From: an uncultured Methylomirabilota bacterium | GTDB lineage: Bacteria > Methylomirabilota > Methylomirabilia > Methylomirabilales > 2-02-FULL-66-22 | DNA length: 64,000 bases | Assembly (NCBI GenBank): GCA_963705305.1 | Contig: OY970067.1 | Coordinates: 4,160,001 to 4,224,000 of the forward strand | Direction: 5' to 3' | Shown here: positions 17,874-27,894 of the stretch, piece after piece | Position numbering within the stretch: the first letter of the stretch is position 1 | Layout of the letters: each line of letters begins with the position of its first letter | Translations under genes and position numbers: made by a program | The notes under the pieces: generated by a model | What the model saw: the letters and a program-made list of their open reading frames with translations, nothing else | What the model was told of the DNA's origin: nothing | Databases searched by the model: none

Positions 17874-19637
17874 ATGATACATTCGATCGTACTGCCGGGG
17901 CGCTTCCCGACCACGTTCTACGCCTATCCGGAGTTCACCCTCCTCACCCGGCGGGTTCACGAAGAGGTCTGCTTCGAGAACCTCAATCTCCTCTTTTGGG
18001 ATTACCTGTTCTCCGCGGATTTCCTGGGATTCCTGCGGCGCCATCTCGGTCCGGCATCCTCCCCGCACTTCGACTTCCTGTCGGCCGTCATCGACTCCGG
18101 CACCATGGCCACGCTCCGCGACCGGAAATTGTTCTATGACGCGGAGCGATACCTGGCTGCCATCTTCTGCCTCGGCGGTTACCTGGGAGCGGCCTCCGAT
18201 CTCCTGCGGCAGATCAGCGGAGGCACCTTGCAGGGGATCTCGCTCTATGGCGTGAGCTACGACACGCGGCGCCCCCTCGGAGAGGTGCTGGCCTATGCCG
18301 GAAGCGACCGCAACCCCTTCATGGATTTTTGCCGGACGCGGCCGGAGCCGATCCGGGAGATCTTCGATGCGGATATCGTCAGCGCCGTGACCTACAATTA
18401 CACCGATTTCCTGCATCTGGGTGTCCTGAGCGAGCGGTACCGGCGGCCCGGCACCAGCGTGTTCGTCCATGGCCACAGCTGGGAGAACAACGCCGTCGAC
18501 TACCTGATCGAACACGCCGGCCGGTATGCCGAGTTCCTCCGGCACATCGACGGCATCGTTCTTGGGGAGGATGACCTCGCCGAGACGTTCAACCGGCTTG
18601 CCGAGGCGGGAGCGACGTCGGGAGTCCACAATCTCTACCGGTTCGGGGACGACCCACCTTCCGACCGCAGCAGCCGGGGCCGGCGGCGCAATCCTCTTGA
18701 TGACCTCGATTTCATCCGCTTGCGCCAGGAGGCGGAGCGGCAGCGCAGCAAGATATTCTCTCCCGAGCTGGTGACCCTGTACCGCCTCTCCGCGCGGGGC
18801 TGCTACTGGAGCCAATGCGCCTTCTGTCGGCACAACAGCCGGCACCCCGGGGGCCCTGACCGTCGGGATCAGCAGGCGGAGGATCCAACCCTGTGGCCCG
18901 TCAGGATGCGCCGGCTTTCCGCCATCTCCCCCGTCCTTGTCTTCTGCGACCAGGGAATCGATCCGGAAGTGGCGGCGGCACTGGCTGCCGCACCCCGGGA
19001 TGCCGACGGCGGGACCACCTGGTCGCTTCGGACGCGAATCGATCCCCGCTGGGATGCCCGCCGTATCGCGACGGTGGCCCGCGGGGGGTGCGCCGAGCTG
19101 ATCTTGGGGATGGAGTCCGTCAACGACGAGACGCTGCGGCGGATGCGCAAGACTCCGCTGGGCGGAGAGGCATACCGTTCCCTGGTAAGGCAGATCCACC
19201 GCGAGTCCGTCTCCTGCGGCATATACAACCATTACTGCATGATCTATGGCTACCCGGGCGAGACCTATGAAGAATGCCGACAGACCCTCGGCTTCCTCGC
19301 GGACCTCGTCCGCAGCGCTCCCAAGACGACCTTCAGCCTGAACCGGTTCCAGCTCTTGTTCAAGTCGGACATCTACAATTCTCCCGAGGCGTATGGGATA
19401 CGCTCGGTGACCAAGGCCCCCTTCCTGTCCAACGCGTTTTGGTATGATGAGCCCGCCAGCACACGCAGCATCGAGCTGGTGGAAAATGGGCAGAGTGACT
19501 TCTATCGGGCAATAGGCTACCGCGAAGATATCCTGACCAACCGGATACTTCTGGAGACGGTTTCAGCCTTCATCAACGACAGCGGCCACGCGCCGCTGCT
19601 CAAAGCCGGCCACCCGAGAAATCCGTTCGTGGCGTAG
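17874..19637 (+). CDS. Radical SAM enzyme with class B/cobalamin-domain-like architecture
   Basis: RGCYWSQCAFC, LGMES...LRRMRK and IYGYPGET; degenerate B12-domain-like IDGIVLGED upstream. Confidence 0.8.
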   Translation: MIHSIVLPGRFPTTFYAYPEFTLLTRRVHEEVCFENLNLLFWDYLFSADFLGFLRRHLGPASSPHFDFLSAVIDSGTMATLRDRKLFYDAERYLAAIFCLGGYLGAASDLLRQISGGTLQGISLYGVSYDTRRPLGEVLAYAGSDRNPFMDFCRTRPEPIREIFDADIVSAVTYNYTDFLHLGVLSERYRRPGTSVFVHGHSWENNAVDYLIEHAGRYAEFLRHIDGIVLGEDDLAETFNRLAEAGATSGVHNLYRFGDDPPSDRSSRGRRRNPLDDLDFIRLRQEAERQRSKIFSPELVTLYRLSARGCYWSQCAFCRHNSRHPGGPDRRDQQAEDPTLWPVRMRRLSAISPVLVFCDQGIDPEVAAALAAAPRDADGGTTWSLRTRIDPRWDARRIATVARGGCAELILGMESVNDETLRRMRKTPLGGEAYRSLVRQIHRESVSCGIYNHYCMIYGYPGETYEECRQTLGFLADLVRSAPKTTFSLNRFQLLFKSDIYNSPEAYGIRSVTKAPFLSNAFWYDEPASTRSIELVENGQSDFYRAIGYREDILTNRILLETVSAFINDSGHAPLLKAGHPRNPFVA

Positions 19638-19666
19638 AAGCTTGGCGGCTCGAGATTCTTCGCAGT

Positions 19667-20965
19667 TCACGGCGAGCGCTCGGTCCCTCGGAACGGGCGC
19701 GCGGCAGTCCCCGGCGTCCCGCCGGGCCGGACCGAGATCCGGGGACGGATTCGCGAGAGCTCCCTCAAGAAGATCAGGCCGCTGAGAAGACACACCCCGC
19801 CCCCCAGGGCGATCGTAGCCGGGGTGCCGATGCGACCGGCGAGAGCGCCCGAACACAGATTGCCCAGCGGCACGGTGCCCATGAAGGACAAGGCGAAAAG
19901 GCTCATCACCCGGCCCCGCTTATCCGCATCGGCAATCATCAGGAGAATGGTGTTGCTGGAGGCCATGATCAGCGTGATCCCGCAGCCGACCATGACGAGG
20001 AGCGCCACCGAGAGGCTGAGCGAGGGCGACAGGGAAAATAGGATGAGTCCGAGGCCGAACAGGCCGGCCCCCAGCACGATCGTCCGATCCAGCCCGAACC
20101 CGGTGCGCCGAGACCCCAGCCAGGCGGCGCCCAGAAGCGCCCCCATGCCGATGGATGCGACCAGGATGCCCAGGGTGTGGGGTCCCCCCTTCAGCACCGT
20201 GGCCGCCATGATCGGCATCAGGACGCCGTACGGGCTGCCGGCGAAGCATATGCACCCAACAAAGAGGAGGACGGCCCGGATCGGGGGAGAAGCGCACACA
20301 TAACGGATCCCCTCGACAAGCGTGGGAAGGACCGGCCCGGATGGGGTCTCTGCGCTTCCCGCCGAATGCCGCAGGGCGAGGAGGGCACCCAGGATGGCGA
20401 GGTAGCTGACCCCATTCGCCAGAAAGCACACCCCTTCGCCCCCCCAGGCAATGACCATCCCGCCCAGCGCGGGGCCGATCAGACGGGCGGAGTCATACAC
20501 CAGGGAGTGCAGGGCGATGGCGCTGGCCAGCTGCTCCCGGCTTTCCACGAGATGCGCGAGCAGCACCTGGCGGGCTGGGGCATCGATGCCGTTGAGGATT
20601 CCGAGGACGCAGCTCAGGCAGAGAATGATAGGAACGTCGAGGCGGCCGGCAAAGACGAGCAGTGCCAGCAGGACAGCCTGCAGCATGGCAAGCGATTGGG
20701 TCGCCAGCATGATCCGGTGCGGACGCACCCGATCGGCGAGGACGCCGGCGAGCAGGGCGGCTGGCACAGCGGGGAGTTCGCCCACGAACCCTACCAGCCC
20801 GAGGATGAGTGCCGAGTGGGTCAGCCGGTACACCAGCCAGCTCATTGCCACCATTTGCAGGAAAGTCCCGATCAGGGAGGGGGCCTGTCCTGCGATGAAG
20901 AGGCGGTAGTTTCTCGATCGGAGGGCCGGCCAGCCCCGCATCAGCGCTCCCCATAAGTCACACAT
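19667..20965 (-). CDS. MFS transporter
   Basis: About 12 hydrophobic segments; GVLADRV and RGRVMSL motifs. Confidence 0.9.
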   Translation of the reverse strand: MCDLWGALMRGWPALRSRNYRLFIAGQAPSLIGTFLQMVAMSWLVYRLTHSALILGLVGFVGELPAVPAALLAGVLADRVRPHRIMLATQSLAMLQAVLLALLVFAGRLDVPIILCLSCVLGILNGIDAPARQVLLAHLVESREQLASAIALHSLVYDSARLIGPALGGMVIAWGGEGVCFLANGVSYLAILGALLALRHSAGSAETPSGPVLPTLVEGIRYVCASPPIRAVLLFVGCICFAGSPYGVLMPIMAATVLKGGPHTLGILVASIGMGALLGAAWLGSRRTGFGLDRTIVLGAGLFGLGLILFSLSPSLSLSVALLVMVGCGITLIMASSNTILLMIADADKRGRVMSLFALSFMGTVPLGNLCSGALAGRIGTPATIALGGGVCLLSGLIFLRELSRIRPRISVRPGGTPGTAARPFRGTERSP

Positions 20966-21097
20966 TGTCACCGCCTCTGTCGCGCGGGTGGAATGAACGT
21001 GTGAAAAGCCACGCCCGTATGCTATCATTCACGAGTTTGAAGCCAATCAATATTTCTGACCTGGCATCATCCATTGCGCCGTCGACGCCGGGTGGCC

Positions 21098-22198
21098 ATG
21101 CCCCGCAAGCTGCTCCTGGTTCATCACTTCCCCCTGCCGCGCGTCAGCGGCGTCACCGTGATGGTGTCCGACCTCTTGCAGCTGATCCCTGCCGTCGATT
21201 CCGGCACGTGCGCCGCCTACCAGAGCTTCGAGGGGCTGCGCACGCCCGCCGATCTCACCGAGTCGCTCGACTCGCGCTATCCGGACGCCGGTTGCGTCGT
21301 GGGCGTGAACCTTCATATCGAAGTGCAATGGGAGCTGAGCCTCGCGCTGTTCGAATGGTGCGAGCGCCGCGGCGTCCCCGCCTATGTCTACGTCCACGAC
21401 TACTGGCCTCATCATCGCGAGAATCTCCGCCTCCTGGCCGGCCGCTGCGGCGCCCGCCTTCTCGCCGCCACACCCTTCATTCTCGAGACGCTCGGGCAGG
21501 ACGCCTTCGAGGCGACGCTGGTCATGGTGGGCGTGCCGCTGGGGGACGATCTCCCCGCGGGGAGAGCCCTCTGGCCGTCCCCATTTCCCCGCCTCGTGGC
21601 GTCGGGTGGTCGCCTGGTGCCCCGCAAGCGTTTTCCCGACATCGTGCGCGCCTTCTGCCAGGCGCGGCTCGACGGCGCCGCCCGTCTCTACCTCAGGCTC
21701 CTGCCCAGTCTCGTCTACCCACCGGATGAGGACGACGAGCAGTTTCGTCGGCTGGAGGCCGAGGTGCGGGCGGGATGCGAGGGGTGCATTCATCTTCACC
21801 GCGTGATGATGGGACCGCTCGACTACGACGCGTATTCCGCCTACGTGTGCGCCTCCGGCTACGAGGGCTTCAGCATGACCCCCATCGAGGCGGCCCGTCG
21901 TGCCTGTCCCCCCATCATGTCGGATATCCCCGCCCACCGCGCGATCGCCGGCGCGCTGTTCGGCGATTCGGCCGCGGAGTTTCTCTATCCGATGGGCGAT
22001 CACCGGGCGCTCGCCGAACTGCTCCGGGACGAAATTGCGACCGGCTGGAGGCGGACGTTCCTGGCGGGCCGCCTCCAGGAGATGCGGGCGACGATCGAAT
22101 CGCGCTGGTCACTCCGGACCACCGCGCGAATGCTGGCGTTTCTGTCGCATGGCACTCGGTCGGCGGCCGCGACGGGCTCCTCCGGCGACCCCGCGTGA
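21098..22198 (+). CDS. GT4-like glycosyltransferase
   Basis: GRLVPRK and EX7E motif EGFSMTPIE, plus SDIP. Confidence 0.85.
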   Translation: MPRKLLLVHHFPLPRVSGVTVMVSDLLQLIPAVDSGTCAAYQSFEGLRTPADLTESLDSRYPDAGCVVGVNLHIEVQWELSLALFEWCERRGVPAYVYVHDYWPHHRENLRLLAGRCGARLLAATPFILETLGQDAFEATLVMVGVPLGDDLPAGRALWPSPFPRLVASGGRLVPRKRFPDIVRAFCQARLDGAARLYLRLLPSLVYPPDEDDEQFRRLEAEVRAGCEGCIHLHRVMMGPLDYDAYSAYVCASGYEGFSMTPIEAARRACPPIMSDIPAHRAIAGALFGDSAAEFLYPMGDHRALAELLRDEIATGWRRTFLAGRLQEMRATIESRWSLRTTARMLAFLSHGTRSAAATGSSGDPA

Positions 22199-22232
22199 GG
22201 GGCGGTCGACGGAGGCGGCTGGAGACGGATCG

Positions 22233-23342
22233 GTGAGGGTGCTTTTTCTGCATCAGTTCGACCTCAACTTCGCCGGAGGCTCCGGGATCTACCTGCGGGC
22301 GCTCTGCAGCGCCCTCACCGGCCTCGGGCACCGCGTGGAAGTCGTCTCAGCCCGCCGGCCCGATCAATACGGTCTGACGGCCTACCAGCTTCCGTTCGAC
22401 TTCACGCTGTCCTTCGGCCCCGAAAAGCGCGACGGCGAGCGGACGCTGGACGAGCTGGGGACGGCCGATCTGCAGACATTGGCGGCGCGCGCGGCCGCCG
22501 CGCTCGAAGCCGAAGCGTTCGGCGACGGCCGGCCCGATTTGATCCTGGTCAATCACATCAACCTGATGGCGCAGGTGGGCTGGCGGCTCGGGAAGACGTT
22601 CGGCGTGCCCTACCGCATCATCAGCTACGGCACCGATACCAATCTGCTGCTGAGGGACGAGAGGTATGTGGGCCTCTTCCTCGAGGCGGCCTGCAACGCC
22701 GAGCGCATCTTCGCCATCAGTGGCTTTGTCGCGAGGGATATCGCCGCGACCATACCCGGCGGGAACATCCAGGTGCTGGGAGGGGCCGTAGACGAAGCGT
22801 TGTTCTACCCGTCGGAGACACTGCCGGACGGCTTGGGCAAGATTGCCTACGTCGGTCGCCTGGTGACCGAGAAGGGGATCTGGGCGCTCCTGGAGGCGTT
22901 CCAGATACAGCGCGCGGCCAGCGAGCTGCGCGTGGCAGGGGAGGGGCCGCTCCGGAGCGCGCTGGAAGCGTACCTGGCACACTCGGAACTTCGTGAGCGG
23001 GTGAGCCTTCTCGGGTACGTTCAGCCCAGCCGGCTCCGCGAGCTCCTGATCGATTCGGCGCTGCTTGTCGTGCCGTCCACGTGGCAGGAACCTTTGGGGC
23101 TGGTCGTGCTGGAGGCCATGGCCTGCGGGATCCCGGTGGTGGCCAGCGATGTGGGCGGCATTCCGGAGATGATCCGGCATGGGGTCGACGGATACCTGGT
23201 GCCGCCTGGGGACGCGAATGCCCTGGCGGCGGCAATCGACCGGATCCTTGGCGATCGCGCGCTCTACGACAGGATGCGACGCAGCCTTCGCCGGTTGACC
23301 ATCCCATCCTATCGCGACGTGGCGCGAAGGGCGATCGAATAG
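22233..23342 (+). CDS. GT4 glycosyltransferase
   Basis: YVGRLVTEKG and EPLGLVVLEAMACGIPVVASDVGG. Confidence 0.92.
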   Translation: MRVLFLHQFDLNFAGGSGIYLRALCSALTGLGHRVEVVSARRPDQYGLTAYQLPFDFTLSFGPEKRDGERTLDELGTADLQTLAARAAAALEAEAFGDGRPDLILVNHINLMAQVGWRLGKTFGVPYRIISYGTDTNLLLRDERYVGLFLEAACNAERIFAISGFVARDIAATIPGGNIQVLGGAVDEALFYPSETLPDGLGKIAYVGRLVTEKGIWALLEAFQIQRAASELRVAGEGPLRSALEAYLAHSELRERVSLLGYVQPSRLRELLIDSALLVVPSTWQEPLGLVVLEAMACGIPVVASDVGGIPEMIRHGVDGYLVPPGDANALAAAIDRILGDRALYDRMRRSLRRLTIPSYRDVARRAIE

Positions 23343-23352
23343 GCGGGGCAGG

Positions 23353-26300
23353 ATGCGGGTCTATATCTCGTCGACGTATGCGGACCTCGCCGACCACCGG
23401 AAGGAGGTCTGCGATAAGCTGCGTCGGCTGGGGCACGACATCGCACGCATGGAGGACTATGTCGCAAGCGATGAGCGTCCCGTGGATAAGTGCATTGCCG
23501 ATGTCCGGAGCTGCGATATCTATATCGGGATCTTTGCATGGCGCTACGGCTACATCCCGCCCGGCCACGATCGCTCCATTACCGAGCTCGAATATCGGGC
23601 CGCCACCGAAGCCGGGAAGCCGCGGCTGATCTTCCTCTGCGATGAGTCCGCGCCGTGGCCCCGCAACCAGATCGAGGGCGGGGCCGGCGGAGTAAAGATC
23701 GAGCAGCTCAGGACCGAGCTCGCCACCAATCACGTCGTCAGCTTTTTCAAGAGTGCCGAGGAGCTCGGTCGCCTGGCAGCCGCGGCCATCGCCCAGCGCG
23801 CGCAGCAGCGGCTGGATGAGGACGTTGCCGGTCTGCGCACTCGCCAGGTGGACGAACAGCGTGGGCGCGTTCGCGAGCCCGAGCGCGTCGTGAACCTGCC
23901 GCCGATCGAGGTGTCGCGGTTTGTCAACCGGGAGGTGGAGCAGGCGGACTTTCGCCGCTTCCTCTCCGACGGAACCGTCCGGCTGGTGGCCGTGGTCGGC
24001 CGGGCCGGCATGGGAAAGAGCGCGCTGGCAAGCCGGACCCTCACGGAGCTCGAGCAGGCCGCTCGCAGCGGAGAGCCCGGTGCCAGCGGCTTGCGCGTGG
24101 ACGGCATCCTCTACCTGAGCGCGGGCAGCACCGGGCTGGATCTCGATCACCTCTATGCGGGCATCCGCAGGATGCTCGACGAACAGGAGGCGGCCAAGAT
24201 CGCCTCCACATGGGCCCGCACGGACGCCACGGTCGCCGAGCGGGTGGACGCGCTCCTGGCGACCTTGCGAGGCGGCCGGCACCTCATCCTGCTCGACGGC
24301 ATGGACACGATCATCGGGGCCGACGGCGGGATCGCCGACGAGGGCCTCCGGGGCTTCGTAGACGGATGCTTGTCCCGGGCCGGCCGCACGACGCTGATCG
24401 TGACCTCGCGCATCGATTTTCCCATCTCCGCCAAGAGTCTCCAGGGATCGCGCGTCATCCGGCTGCGCGAAGGTCTCAAAATGGAACACGCGGCGCAGCT
24501 CCTGGAGAGTCTCGATCCCCAAGGCGAGCTGGGCCTGCGCGGCGCCCCGGCGGAAGAGCTCAGGCGGGCGGCAGAACTGAGCGGCGGCATCCCGCGCGCC
24601 CTCGAGGTCCTGGCGGGCATTCTGCAGCAGGATCCCTCCCTCACCTTGCACGACCTGCTCGCCGACGACTCCGCCCTGCGCAGCCAGACTGTGGAAGGCT
24701 TGGTGGCGGAGGCGTATCGCCGCCTGGGAGCAGACGAGCGACATGTCATCCAGGCGGTGGCCGTCCTCAACCGGCCGGTCCACAAGACGGCCATCGCGTA
24801 CGTCCTGCACCCGTGGCTCCCGCTGATCGATATCCCCGCTGCGCTCAAACGCCTGACGAGCACCTATTTCATCTCGACCAGCCGCGGCAGGGAAGAGTAC
24901 CAGTTGCAGCCACTGGACCGCGAGCACGCCTACAAGCAGATCCCCGAGACGCGGGATGGCGCTGGCGAAGGCGATCCCCCCTATTCGCGGGCGGACCTCG
25001 AACGACGGGCCGCCGATTTTTACGCCAGCATTCGGAAGCCGGCAGCGGAATGGCGCTCGATCGAAGACCTGGGACCGGCGATCGCCGAGGTCGAGCATCG
25101 TGCGAAGGGCGGCGACTTCGATCGGGCGCTCGAAGTCATGGATTCCATCGACGCGGGGCACCTGTTCCTCTGGGGGCACTACACCCGCATCGTGGAGCTC
25201 AGGAAGCGCATGATCGACACGCCCGCGGCGCCGCGTTTGCGGGCGGCCAATCTCGCCAGCCTGGCGACCTGCTGCCAGGTTCTGACACAGTTCGACGCGG
25301 CCGTCCAGTATTACGAGGCCGCCGTCGGCATCGCCCGGGACAGCGGCGACCGTGCCGGCGAGGCCCGCTATATCGGCCACCTCGGGCGGCTCTACCGGAA
25401 CCTCGGCTACATCGATAAGGCGATGAGCTGCTCGAACGAGGCCCTCGCCTTTGCTCTGGAAGGGGGGGACCGGCGCGCCGAGGCGCTCTGGACCGACCGG
25501 CTCGGACTTTGTACCGCCTTGATCGGACGGCTCGAGGAGGCCGAGGGGCTGTACGCCCGTGCGATTGCGATCGCGCGCGAGGTGCAGGATCGGCAGACGG
25601 AGGGGGCGGCGCTCGGTAACCTCGGATTGGTGTACGAGGACCTGGGGCGGTTGGAGGCGGCGGCGGGGTGCTTTGCGGCCTCGCTCGACATCTACCGGGA
25701 GATCGGCGACCGGCGCGGCGAGGCCATCCTGCTCGGCCGGCTGGGTACGGCCGCCGAGGACGCCGGCGATCACGGGAAAGCCCTCGAGCAGCACACGCTG
25801 GCCCTGACCATCGCGAGGGATCTCAACGAGCATCGGGAGGAGAGCTATCAGCTGCTGGGAATCGGGAGGGCTCTCCTGGGGAGCGGCGAGTATGCCAAGG
25901 CAGAGCAGCAGCTTCGGGCCGCGCGGGATCTAAACGTGCCGGAGACGAGCTACCTGGCGGCGGTGGCCCTGGGTCTGGTCCTCTTGCGTCAGCGGGACCG
26001 GATGGCTGCCGACGCGTTTCGCGACGCCGTCCGGCGATGCACCGAGCGGCTGCAGCGCAACGATCGACTCTACCGGGCCCGCTACGCCCTGGCCACGGCG
26101 ACCGTTGGATGCGTGGTGTGTACCCCGGCATGGGCCGGGGAGGAGGGCCGAGCGGGCCTTTTGGCTCCGGCAATTGCGGAGTACGAGCGGGCGCTCGGCA
26201 ACTGCGCGGGATGCGGCATCGTGGTCGCCGCCCTCCGCGACCTCGAGCAGATGCAGGCCGCCGGCCTCGAGGGCCTCGATTCCGTGATGCGTGTCCTCGA

Positions 26301-26427
26301 ACAGGGGCGGCAGGCGAAGGAAAAACATGCGGCGGGCACAGAGGGTCCCCGGCGTGACCCCGCCGGGGGGGCCCGGCAGACGGCAGCGGAATCAGGCGGA
26401 CCGGGCGGGGAGGATCCCAATCCATGA
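23353..26427 (+). CDS. DUF4062 (TIR-like) + STAND NTPase + TPR protein
   Basis: VYISSTYADL...RYG...SITELEY, Walker A GRAGMGKS, Walker B LILLDG, GIPRAL (GxP) and C-terminal TPRs. Confidence 0.88.
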   Translation: MRVYISSTYADLADHRKEVCDKLRRLGHDIARMEDYVASDERPVDKCIADVRSCDIYIGIFAWRYGYIPPGHDRSITELEYRAATEAGKPRLIFLCDESAPWPRNQIEGGAGGVKIEQLRTELATNHVVSFFKSAEELGRLAAAAIAQRAQQRLDEDVAGLRTRQVDEQRGRVREPERVVNLPPIEVSRFVNREVEQADFRRFLSDGTVRLVAVVGRAGMGKSALASRTLTELEQAARSGEPGASGLRVDGILYLSAGSTGLDLDHLYAGIRRMLDEQEAAKIASTWARTDATVAERVDALLATLRGGRHLILLDGMDTIIGADGGIADEGLRGFVDGCLSRAGRTTLIVTSRIDFPISAKSLQGSRVIRLREGLKMEHAAQLLESLDPQGELGLRGAPAEELRRAAELSGGIPRALEVLAGILQQDPSLTLHDLLADDSALRSQTVEGLVAEAYRRLGADERHVIQAVAVLNRPVHKTAIAYVLHPWLPLIDIPAALKRLTSTYFISTSRGREEYQLQPLDREHAYKQIPETRDGAGEGDPPYSRADLERRAADFYASIRKPAAEWRSIEDLGPAIAEVEHRAKGGDFDRALEVMDSIDAGHLFLWGHYTRIVELRKRMIDTPAAPRLRAANLASLATCCQVLTQFDAAVQYYEAAVGIARDSGDRAGEARYIGHLGRLYRNLGYIDKAMSCSNEALAFALEGGDRRAEALWTDRLGLCTALIGRLEEAEGLYARAIAIAREVQDRQTEGAALGNLGLVYEDLGRLEAAAGCFAASLDIYREIGDRRGEAILLGRLGTAAEDAGDHGKALEQHTLALTIARDLNEHREESYQLLGIGRALLGSGEYAKAEQQLRAARDLNVPETSYLAAVALGLVLLRQRDRMAADAFRDAVRRCTERLQRNDRLYRARYALATATVGCVVCTPAWAGEEGRAGLLAPAIAEYERALGNCAGCGIVVAALRDLEQMQAAGLEGLDSVMRVLEQGRQAKEKHAAGTEGPRRDPAGGARQTAAESGGPGGEDPNP

Positions 26428-26939
26428 TCCAAGGAGTGCTTTTCGACTTCGGTGAGACCCTCGTCGAGCGGGTCAGCGACGCTGTCCGGCCGCTCAACCA
26501 GCTTGCGTTGACGCCGTTTCCCGAATCCGTAACGGTCCTGGCCCAGCTCAACCGCTCGGGCTACCGGCTGGCGCTGGTGAGCAATACCTCGCAGTCGAAC
26601 GAGGGTGTGCTGAGAGAAGCCCTGCACACGCTCGCCATGCGTTGCTATTTCGATGCGATCGTGACCTCCGTGGATGTCGGCTGCGAAAAGCCGAACCCCG
26701 CCATCTTTGTCCGGGCTCTCGAGCGGCTGGGATGCTCACCCGCGGAAGTGGTGATGGTGGGGGATGACCTGGCGAGAGACATTCAGGGAGCCGCCAACTT
26801 GGGCATCATCACCATCTACGTGCGACGGAACGGCGCGACGTCGCCCGCGCCCGACGCCGCGGCCAGATTCACCGTCTCATCTCTCTCGGAGATTCCCGGT
26901 ATTCTAGAGCAATTGGCTGCGAGCCGAAAGGAGACCTGA
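26424..26939 (+). CDS. HAD-family hydrolase
   Basis: LFDFGETL, VSN, EKP and VGDDLARD. Confidence 0.9.
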   Translation: MIQGVLFDFGETLVERVSDAVRPLNQLALTPFPESVTVLAQLNRSGYRLALVSNTSQSNEGVLREALHTLAMRCYFDAIVTSVDVGCEKPNPAIFVRALERLGCSPAEVVMVGDDLARDIQGAANLGIITIYVRRNGATSPAPDAAARFTVSSLSEIPGILEQLAASRKET

Positions 26940-27020
26940 ACCGCCAGGACGCCAGGGTACCGACGATCAGCAGGCTTCGGATAATTCGCGTCTTGGCTGG
27001 GGGCATCGGGATCTTGCAGG

Positions 27021-27851
27021 CTAGGGCTTGCAGCCCTCCATGTACAGGCTGGTACCCTTCCAGACCTGCTGGTCGGAGTCGCCGTCGAGCCGGTAGGTGC
27101 TCCACCCGGGGATTTGGCTGGTCGTGGGCGTCATGCGGCGGATGTCCGCCAGTCCGCTTTCCCGCATGAGATCCCCCAGCGAGAACTCGTCATACATCCA
27201 CCGGTGGTTTTCGCCCCGGCGGCGAAACAGCGCATCTGCCACCATCATCCCGCACCGTCCGGGAAGCCACGTCTCGATCAGCCGCAGCCTGCGCTCGAAT
27301 CGCGACCGGCTCGAATCCGGGTCCCGCAGGATTTCTATCAGCCGGGGCCCGAACGCGCCCAGTCTCGGGAGGATGAACGGATCGGCCTCCGGATGTTCCC
27401 GGATCATCCTGTCCAGCTCCCCGCCGGGGCGCGTGCGGGCGATCTGGTCGATCATCTCGATGACCAGCCACTTCCGCTCAAGGGGCGCGGCGGCACCCGC
27501 CCGCAGCCGGTCGAGGATCGCGACGTAGTCGCGCGCGCTTTGCTCCAGGTCCGGCACCACGATGCGAAGAATTCCGCCGGGCTTCAGGACCCGGAGGCAC
27601 TCGCCAAGGAACGGCCGGGCCAGAGCGGGCGTGAAGTGCTCGAGAAGATGGGAGTGATAGACGGCAGAGGCGACGTTGTTCCGCAAGGGGATGCGTCGGC
27701 GAAGGTCGGCGCGCTTGACCTGCGGGCTCGCCGGGAACCGGTCGAAATTCAGCCAAGCGGGATGCCAGCGATGCCCGCAGGCGAGATTTGCCATGATCGG
27801 CCGGTCTTGGCCTGCCTGCCTGTTCGGGTCGGATCGCCCGGTTGACTCCAC
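27021..27851 (-). CDS. Class I SAM-dependent methyltransferase
   Basis: NLACG, YHSHLLEH and RVLKPGGILRIVVPD. Confidence 0.85.
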   Translation of the reverse strand: MESTGRSDPNRQAGQDRPIMANLACGHRWHPAWLNFDRFPASPQVKRADLRRRIPLRNNVASAVYHSHLLEHFTPALARPFLGECLRVLKPGGILRIVVPDLEQSARDYVAILDRLRAGAAAPLERKWLVIEMIDQIARTRPGGELDRMIREHPEADPFILPRLGAFGPRLIEILRDPDSSRSRFERRLRLIETWLPGRCGMMVADALFRRRGENHRWMYDEFSLGDLMRESGLADIRRMTPTTSQIPGWSTYRLDGDSDQQVWKGTSLYMEGCKP

Positions 27852-27894
27852 AGCGCCTCCTGGACGAGCGCTCGGAACGTTTCCACCCCGGCGC

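Noticed and set aside
22717..25833. 1038-aa minus-strand ORF and other long antisense ORFs (e.g. 16078-17775, 35516-37438, 55967-57832)
   Set aside because: They are antisense shadows of well-supported genes in high-GC DNA and have no motifs.
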